This document shows positions 56,515 to 64,000 of a stretch of DNA of 64,000 bases, one piece after another. The stretch is taken from the NCBI GenBank assembly GCA_021613535.1, contig CP075494.1, forward strand, positions 9,982,001-10,046,000, read 5' to 3'. This DNA comes from Adineta vaga (Eukaryota; Animalia; Rotifera). The notes beneath the pieces were generated by a model. It was not told where the DNA came from. It worked only from the letters and a program-made list of their open reading frames with translations, and did no database searches. The stretch's first letter is position 1, and each line of letters opens with the position of its first letter. The position numbers and the translations under genes are program-made.

Positions 56515-59500
56515 TCAAAAAGATTTTCTTTTCTCATCAAAAAATTTCTTTATCGGATAATATTTATGTTTATATCGATTGATTTTATTTGGATAAAGTA
56601 TTTCATTTTGATTCTTTTCAATTAAGATTTTCACTCGTTGTTTTAAATATGGAATAAGACAATCAAATGTTGAGAGAAATATTTCATAATTCATTATTAA
56701 TTTTATTCGCATTATCGAATGTTTGACTTGAGCATGTTCAATTAATGGAGGAATTTCACCGACAGCATTTGCTATAAGTAAATTCATTATTAATATCGTT
56801 ACTAAAAGACAAAATAAAACATAAAGTAAAAATATCATTTGATAATAATAATGATTATTTTCATTTTCACCACGATAAATATGTTCTTCATAATTAAATT
56901 CACCAGTTAACATTAAAACTGTACGAATCAATGCATCAAATGTATGTTGATAAACATTTTGATTCTGTAATAACATATGAAATGATAAACCAAAACCAAG
57001 AATGAATATAATTAAAATTGGAATAAAACGTAGAAATTTTCGAACGATAACTTCAAACATAACAACATATATTCCAGAAGCCCATAGAAATTGAATGTAG
57101 GTTACTAAACACAAAACATTCTATGCATTACAAATATAATGAAGTGAAAGTTTTAAGTCGAGAAATTTTGAATCTTCTCTTCCCTCGCCTACAGACACAA
57201 TTCTATCATAAGTAAAACTTGGTTTTAAGAACAAGACTGTACTAAAAGCTTTTTTTACTTAATGTAAGCCATGCAATTAGAATACCGATTGCTCCACATT
57301 GCCATTGAAATGAACATCGAAATCGAATTGACATTTGCCACGAATAAAAATCATGTGAAAAGATAATACTCAATATCAATGCAATTAATTCTAAAATATT
57401 TGATAGACCCAAAAACATTCGAAAACGTATACAAATTAGTAAAATATTTTTAATAATATGAATAAGTATTGTACTAAATAAAAGCCATTTAATCATTGTA
57501 TCATAGAAATTTTTCTTGGTTAAAATAAATGATTCATGTCGAAGAAGATTTAAGGAAATCGTTTCACAACTAACAACAGATATGGAAGCATTGAAAATAG
57601 AATAATAATATTGAGGATGATGAACACGAAGAATAGTTGAAGTAAATGAAGCTAAGAAAAAACCTATGAAGAAAGATATGAGTGAAGAAAAGATGATGGA
57701 ATGTGGACAAGTACCATAGAAAAGAAATAATATCCAAAAAAATGTTCGACTAAATTGAACCCATTTACGTTTGATTAATCGTTCGATAAGTGGATGTTTT
57801 AAAAGATCATGTTGATGATATGTTATAATCAAAGAAAGAGGATGATTCTGTCGTAGAGTGTAAACATGATGATCAAAACGTGATTGATCTTTCTTATTCT
57901 CTGATCGTCTTTGTTTAAAATACGAAAAGATATTCCATTTATTAGTTTTCATCGGTAATGAATTCAGAGGTTGAGTATGACAATCTATGAAAAATCAATA
58001 AAAATTATAAAAACATATCATATTCTTGAACCTTGTTTCCATTTTAAAATCGTGAATTGATCTTCCAATAATTCATAATTAAAAATAATTCTATAGGATG
58101 AATCTTCTGATCCTCCGATTTCAATCATACATCGTGTAAAGACTTCTTCAGCTTCATTTGGCATATAACGAATCAATTTTCGTAATGGTGTTGATAAATC
58201 TTCAAATTTTCTGTTGGTATGAAATTCAATTTGAGAATTTCTTAATGATTTCGTCCATGTTTTATCATTAAGAAATTCTCGTACAGTTAATTGATGATTA
58301 TTTATTATTGCAACTTCTAAACTATTATAACCATCAGAATTAATCAAACGAACATCAGCATTAAAATCTAATAATAAACGAACAATTTGCCAATGACCAT
58401 GTTGACTTGCACGATGAAGTGGTGTATAATGTTTACCATCAAATTGATTGATTGGCGCTTGATTTTGAAGAAGAATTTCGACAGAATGATAACGATTATA
58501 CGTCGCGGCTTCATGTAAAGGCGTTGCATCATTCATATCACATGCACAAACATTAGCACCTTGATTGAGAAGAAATTCAACGATTGTATTATGACCTTTT
58601 GAGAACAAATGAATACTTTTAAAATGGAAAGAAGTTTTTTATACCTTCAGCTGCTGCTAGATGTAAACTAGTTTTAAACTCATCATCACAATCTTCGCAG
58701 AGTATTATTTTATGTTGAAGATTCTCATCATCATCATCATCGTCATCAATAATTTGAAAGAAGAAATTCAACATAGCAAAATTACCGATCTTAGCTGCTT
58801 CATGTATCGATGTACGTTGATTGATATTTTTCTTTAAAATCAATGACAAATACTTTTGAAGAAATATATTTTCGGAAGACAATGAAAATTGAGTTTGTAA
58901 TAGAATATATTTAATCATATCAATCAAGATTTTACATGTTGCAAATGAACCATATTTTGCAGCTAAAAAATATATCTTTTTCTTTCTATCAATAAGTTGG
59001 ATTGAACAAGGCTAGAATTACCTGTATGTAGCACTGTATTTCCATGTCGATCGCCTTTTGTGAACAATTCGTAACTATTGATACTATCTTTAATCCATTC
59101 TAAACATTTCTTTAAAGCATTATGACATTGTCGTTCGACACAAATATGTACTTTGAAAAATAAAACAAATGATTACAAATAATATGTTCACTGAATTTAT
59201 ACATACAAATATTTCTTTGAAAATTATCCATTGCTGTCAAATCTGCTCCATTAAAACGAAGAATTTCAATACAATCGTCATGGTCGAAATAACTAGCTGT
59301 TAATAATGGTGTATAACCTCGTTGATCTTGTACTTCAAGATTTAAATTATCATTTTGATAATTAATTAACATTTGTAAAATATTCGTTCGATTGTACTGA
59401 CAAGCAATATGTAATGATGTATCGAAATAATTTTTAATTGGATATTCAAGTAGGTATTGAACTATTTCAGTATTACCTGACTTAATCGCCATGTGAAGAG

Positions 59501-60572
59501 GCATACAATCTTGTGCATTTGCTCCATAGAGAAGAAGAATTTGAACTAAATCTTTATTACCGTATTCACATGCAAGACTTAATGCTGTTTGCTTCTGTTC
59601 ATTTTTGATTTCTAAATAATAGTCTAGAAAATGTTTTGCTGTATTTAATAATAAATATGCAGTGGTATTGTGAATAAGGATATCTTCTTCATTGTTATGT
59701 TTTACAGGCGATTGAGATAAAGCTAGACAATGTAATGGTGTATTTCCACTAGCATCTTGTCGATCGATTTTAGCACCATGTTCAAGAAATAATCGAACAC
59801 AATCAAATGCATTGAAACGAGATGCATAGTGTAGTGGAGATGCATTTTTTTGATCGATGATCTATGATGTAAATGAATATTGGAGATATATAGATTGATG
59901 AAAAGATATTTTACATCAAATGGAGCATTGAATTCAATCAATTGTTTAGCATTATTATAATTATTTCTCATTGCTGCATGATGAAGTGGTGTTCGACCTA
60001 AAGAAGAATTCGAAAAGGAAAAAACAAGATTTCGTTTCAAATTGATTTACCATAATTATCTCGTTTGGATATATCAGCTTGATAAGCAACTAAACAAGCG
60101 ATTGGATTCTAGGAAATGAAAAACAAAATTAGATTCAAACTTTTTCTTTTCTGATACTCTTTCTTCTTCACCTCTGTGCTGAATTTTGTTTGAATTGTTG
60201 AAGATTCATAACGAGCAGCTGTATGTAATGGTGTTTCTCCATTAAGACCAACAAGATTGACATCTATTCACGGAAATACTGAAAATAAATCATCGATGAT
60301 TAGATTTTTACATACCACAATGGAATTGTTCAATCAATTTTCGTGATAAATTTAAATGATTATGTCGAATTGCATAATGTAAAACAGAATATTGTTCTTG
60401 ATCAAGTTTTTCGATTTTACTTTTAATTGTTATTATAGATAGATCATTCTGTTTCATTGTTGAATGCCATACATCAAAATACTGTTCATCTCCATCAATT
60501 GCAGCCTTTAGTAAAAGTTCCGAAACAAACAAATAATCATATCGAATAATAAGATTCATTTACCTCATACAT
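56515..60572 (-). CDS. TRPA-like ankyrin-repeat cation channel
   Basis: Many ankyrin repeats (TPLHEAA, TPLHRAS), TPLRKLIRYMP, LLKHPL...KW, pore/S6 MLTGEFNY...ILIMNLLIANAVGEI; start exon uncertain. Confidence 0.88.
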
Positions 60573-60867
60573 TGAATAGGATTGATTATATTGAAAAGAA
60601 ACTAATCATTACAGATCTTTCATAGATGTGATTCGTTTTCAAAAACAAAAATAACTGTCTATCCTGTAAATCATACTTGAAAATATCTCTAATCAATGTC
60701 ATCGCATATACAATGACAATTTACTGAATCAACAAAAACAAATAGATTTAACACCAAATACTAACACATTCCTTTTCTATTGATTCTCTTTTCAAATCGA
60801 TGAATGTATTATTAAAGTGACAATGAGGTAAAATGTTTTCTTTCAAGAATTTTATTGTAGCAAAAAA

Positions 60868-61840
60868 TCAAGCTTTATCTGCATAAGCAATAAAATATTT
60901 CAATGTAAAATCATTCTCGTCTTGTAACACTTTTTCGAAGATTTCATGACCTTGATAACTTTTTATTTCTGATTTCGACATTTGAAATGCACTCTAAAGA
61001 AAGTCATATTTGTTTTATTTTTTCATAATTTGAATCAAACTTACAGCCACTTGAGGATTTTGTAAATCTGTAGCTTTGAACATATTGATTATTTCATCAA
61101 ATGTAAAACCTAAAGGAAAAATAAAGTAACTATGGAGAATTCAATGAAAAGATTTTGATTTTACAAACCATGCTTGTGAGCAACTGTATTTGGATGTTTA
61201 TCATCATGATGACGTCCAAAAAATTTCTCGAGACATTCATCATGAATAAAATCAATGATAATCAAACGTCCTTTCGGTTTTAATCGTTTAGAAAGTGCAC
61301 GTGTTACTTGAATTGTATCTTCAAAATGATGATATGATTGCGTACAACTATATAATATTTCAATGAAAATCAATACTTCATTTACATTAAATAACTTACA
61401 CGATAACATCGAACAGTGCATCACCAAGATCAGAACTTTCCTCTTTCAAAAGATCGACCTTAGTACAGTGTAATTTATCAGGTGAAACTCCTTGTTGTTC
61501 GACCTATAGGATACGAACGACACAATCGTCTTCTTTTCATCTCAATTCAACTAACCTGTTTATTAAAAACATCCACCATTCCTGGTGCCAAATCAGCACC
61601 TTCAATTCTTTTAGCATGTGGTAAAAGTTGGAATGAAACAAGACCAGGTCCACAAGCAAAATCTAATACTTCAGTTTGATTTGAATCAAAAGGATAATTC
61701 TTTAAAACAGATGCCGCACATCGTTTTGCTAATTCGGTCGATAATTCGGTGGTGTAAGTCTGTGATTTTTCACTAAAATGGTCAGCATTTGCTTTTGCAT
61801 AGTCATGATGATGATGGTGATGATGATGATGATCTGCCAT
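60868..61840 (-). CDS. Class I SAM-dependent methyltransferase with an N-terminal His9 tract, fungal-like, intron-containing
   Basis: EVLDFACGPGLVS, GADLAPGMVDVFN, CTQSYHHFED, LKPKGRLIIIDF, TVAHKHG; TATAAATA at 61962-61955. Confidence 0.82.
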
Positions 61841-62272
61841 AGTTAGTAAGAGAACGAGAAATGACTGAAAAGACGATATTTTTATGCGAGAACAGAATGA
61901 ATTTGTTGTTGTTTTTCTCTCTGTCGTTTAACTTTTCACACGTTCCTTCGAGCATATTTATAGTCGAGGGTGTGGAAAGAAAAAAATGTCCTTGAAGTAA
62001 GACAGAGAAACATAAAGTACGCGTACTTTAGTACGATTTTGTTCGTGCTCGTACTTGAGCACGATGATCTACTATTTGAAACTTCAGACAGAGACATTTA
62101 AACAAGAAAGTTATGTTTTAATTTATGCGAATGATAACGATGACCATATATCTTGCCAATCTCTGATAAGATATACAAAAATGGATTCTCATCAGTTATT
62201 TTTTCTTATTCGAATTTCATATCGAAATGAATTTTAAAATTAATGCAAAAAAAAAAGATTTATTTCTCTCCT

Positions 62273-62611
62273 TCATGTTAAATTATCAACTGCAATGACA
62301 TAAATATAAATAAGAACAATAAATACAATCCATCCAATTAATCCTCCCAATGTAATTAATAGATTGAATGTTAATGCCAATGAACTCATCGTTTGTGCAC
62401 CAATGAAATTATTCGTATTTTTATAATTTCGACAAATAATCGAAAATACCAGTGGAATGACACCAAAAAATCCCCAGCCAAGAAAAAGATTTAAAATGGA
62501 CCACGGTAAATAATCATTAACATAAGGTCGCTCGGAAACTATCGTTAGGGTTGTTGTACCAGGATACGGTGGTGGTGGTGGCGGCGGTGATGTTTCTTTA
62601 TTAAAAGACAT
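62273..62611 (-). CDS. CD225/dispanin (IFITM-like) membrane protein
   Basis: PPPY-rich N-terminus, DYLPWSILNLF...GVIPLVFS...R, second hydrophobic segment. Confidence 0.8.
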   Translation of the reverse strand: MSFNKETSPPPPPPPYPGTTTLTIVSERPYVNDYLPWSILNLFLGWGFFGVIPLVFSIICRNYKNTNNFIGAQTMSSLALTFNLLITLGGLIGWIVFIVLIYIYVIAVDNLT

Positions 62612-62723
62612 TTTCAACTTCTATTTTTTTTCGAAAATTCTAGATTATATATATATACATATTCTCTTGAGAAAGTTTACATCTGGTTTTTATTGATTTA
62701 TTATCAAATATATACGAAATGAT

Positions 62724-63331
62724 TTATTTTTTAACTGATGGAATTCGACTTAATCGTTTTTGAATAATTTGATTTTTAGCATAATCTTTCGCATATTCTC
62801 GTGCAGAATATGTTGCTTGAACTTGATTAACTCGTTTTTGAAGTTGTTGAAAATCATTTTCATATTGAAGTTGTTGATGCTTTCGATGTTGTTTATTTAA
62901 ACTAAATAAATATACATTCTTGATCGAATCGAAAAACATATTAATATATTTACTTAAGTGGAACATAATGATTATGACTGTCAATAAATGCTCCATTTTT
63001 AACAATCTTTGCTAAAAGACGATCATTTTCATTTTTTATTCTTGCTAATTCTTGTTCTTTAATCTAAATTTAATAACACAAAGAAAAGCAATGTTCGTAG
63101 AGCTGATCAAATTGATCTACTTGTTTTTGTCGAGTACGTTGAGAACAATGTGGACGAGCTGTTGGTGCTGTTTGATCTAAACGACTGCGTGCATTTTTGA
63201 TCTAATGAAATTTAGAAATGACAGAACTATCCAAATATAAGATTTACATTTCTTTCATGATCAGCTTGAGTTTTTCTAAAGAGCTTCTCTGCCAAATGTC
63301 TATTTGCACCAGGTAAATTATAACAAAGCAT
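62724..63331 (-). CDS. CFAP97 domain-containing ciliary protein, multi-exon
   Basis: PGANRHLAEK...H, RLDQTAP..RPH, QELARIKNENDRLLAKI, LQYENDFQQLQKRVNQVQATYS. Confidence 0.7.
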
Positions 63332-63574
63332 GATTTGAGTTACTTCTATCGAAAAATAGTAAAAAATGAATGAATGTTTCATTTTCTCTATGTTTTCATA
63401 GAGAAGATCTATACATGACAGGTTGTTTTGTGATGAGATTTTGTGTAATTCAAGGTTTGCATTAATAAACATAGAGAATGAAGAGAAAGGAAAGAAACAA
63501 CAACGAATGAGTTCTATTAGGTTTATATGAGGACTAATGAAAATACAACGAAAATATTATCATTGGAAGTGTCT

Positions 63575-64000
63575 TTAAAAATTTGGAGCAAGTAAATCAC
63601 GAATAATTGGATCATTTTTGCATCTAAAATTCAAAATCTATTGATTAAAAATCAAATAAAATAATCAAACTGAATTTTACCCAGTAATGAATTCTTCTTT
63701 ACTTAGTTTCTTATCACCACTAATATCTAATTTTTGTATAATTTCTTTTGCACGTCTTTTTGGATCTCGTTCACCTTTTCGATCTGTTACGCCAGCACGA
63801 TCATACTAAATATTCCTCGTACAAATTCATTGAAAAAAACAAAATTCTATCTTACAATAGCTGATATAACATTAGCTAATTCTTTCTGATCAATATGTCC
63901 ATCTTCTGATTGATCCCACCTAGGAAATAGAAAGTCAATTATGAATAGATTCGTTTCGAATTTTTTTTACATATCAAAAACAAATGAAAGACGTGAACCT
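63575..64000 (-). CDS. Neuronal calcium sensor (EF-hand) protein, 3' part only
   Basis: SRLSFVFD/WDQSEDGHIDQKEL, PKRRAKEIIQKLDISGDKKLSKEEFITG/CKNDPIIRDLLAPNF. Confidence 0.85.

Noticed and set aside
62724-63331. CFAP97D-like gene as evidence for sperm
   Set aside because: The family also serves motile cilia generally, so it is not diagnostic

Overview
AT-rich eukaryotic (animal) genomic DNA, gene-dense, with many short (mostly ~45-70 nt) GT-AG introns. Tiny introns and metazoan genes interleaved with bacterial- or fungal-looking enzymes fit a bdelloid rotifer (Adineta/Rotaria-like); this taxon call is an inference. About 24 protein genes can be read: scramblase, peptide GPCR, two small secreted neuropeptide-like precursors, importin-4, RhoGDI, TBK1/IKKe-like kinase, SGNH hydrolase, NCKX, DDB1, NTAN1, IVD with a nested GST-like gene, a chitin-binding/EGF protein, MLK, FBXO47-like, SPT2, HCCA-isomerase/DsbA-like, TRPA-like, a SAM methyltransferase, a CD225 protein, CFAP97D-like, an NCS calcium sensor and two orphans. 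Main observations: (1) several co-oriented gene runs are 44-270 bp apart with AATAAA, a U-tract and a splice acceptor with no evident cis partner just before the next ATG, resembling trans-spliced operons, one ending in a bacterial-like gene; (2) a conserved ~300-bp TATA promoter module occurs three times and reveals an inverted SGNH paralog disrupted by a 5.4-kb block carrying a hAT derivative, a vWA pseudogene and a 570-bp foldback element; (3) a same-strand nested, apparently catalytically altered GST; (4) a run of symmetric micro-exons; (5) an orphan peptide precursor tail-to-tail with an orphan peptide GPCR. Exon boundaries were read by eye and may be off by a few bases; no database searches were possible.
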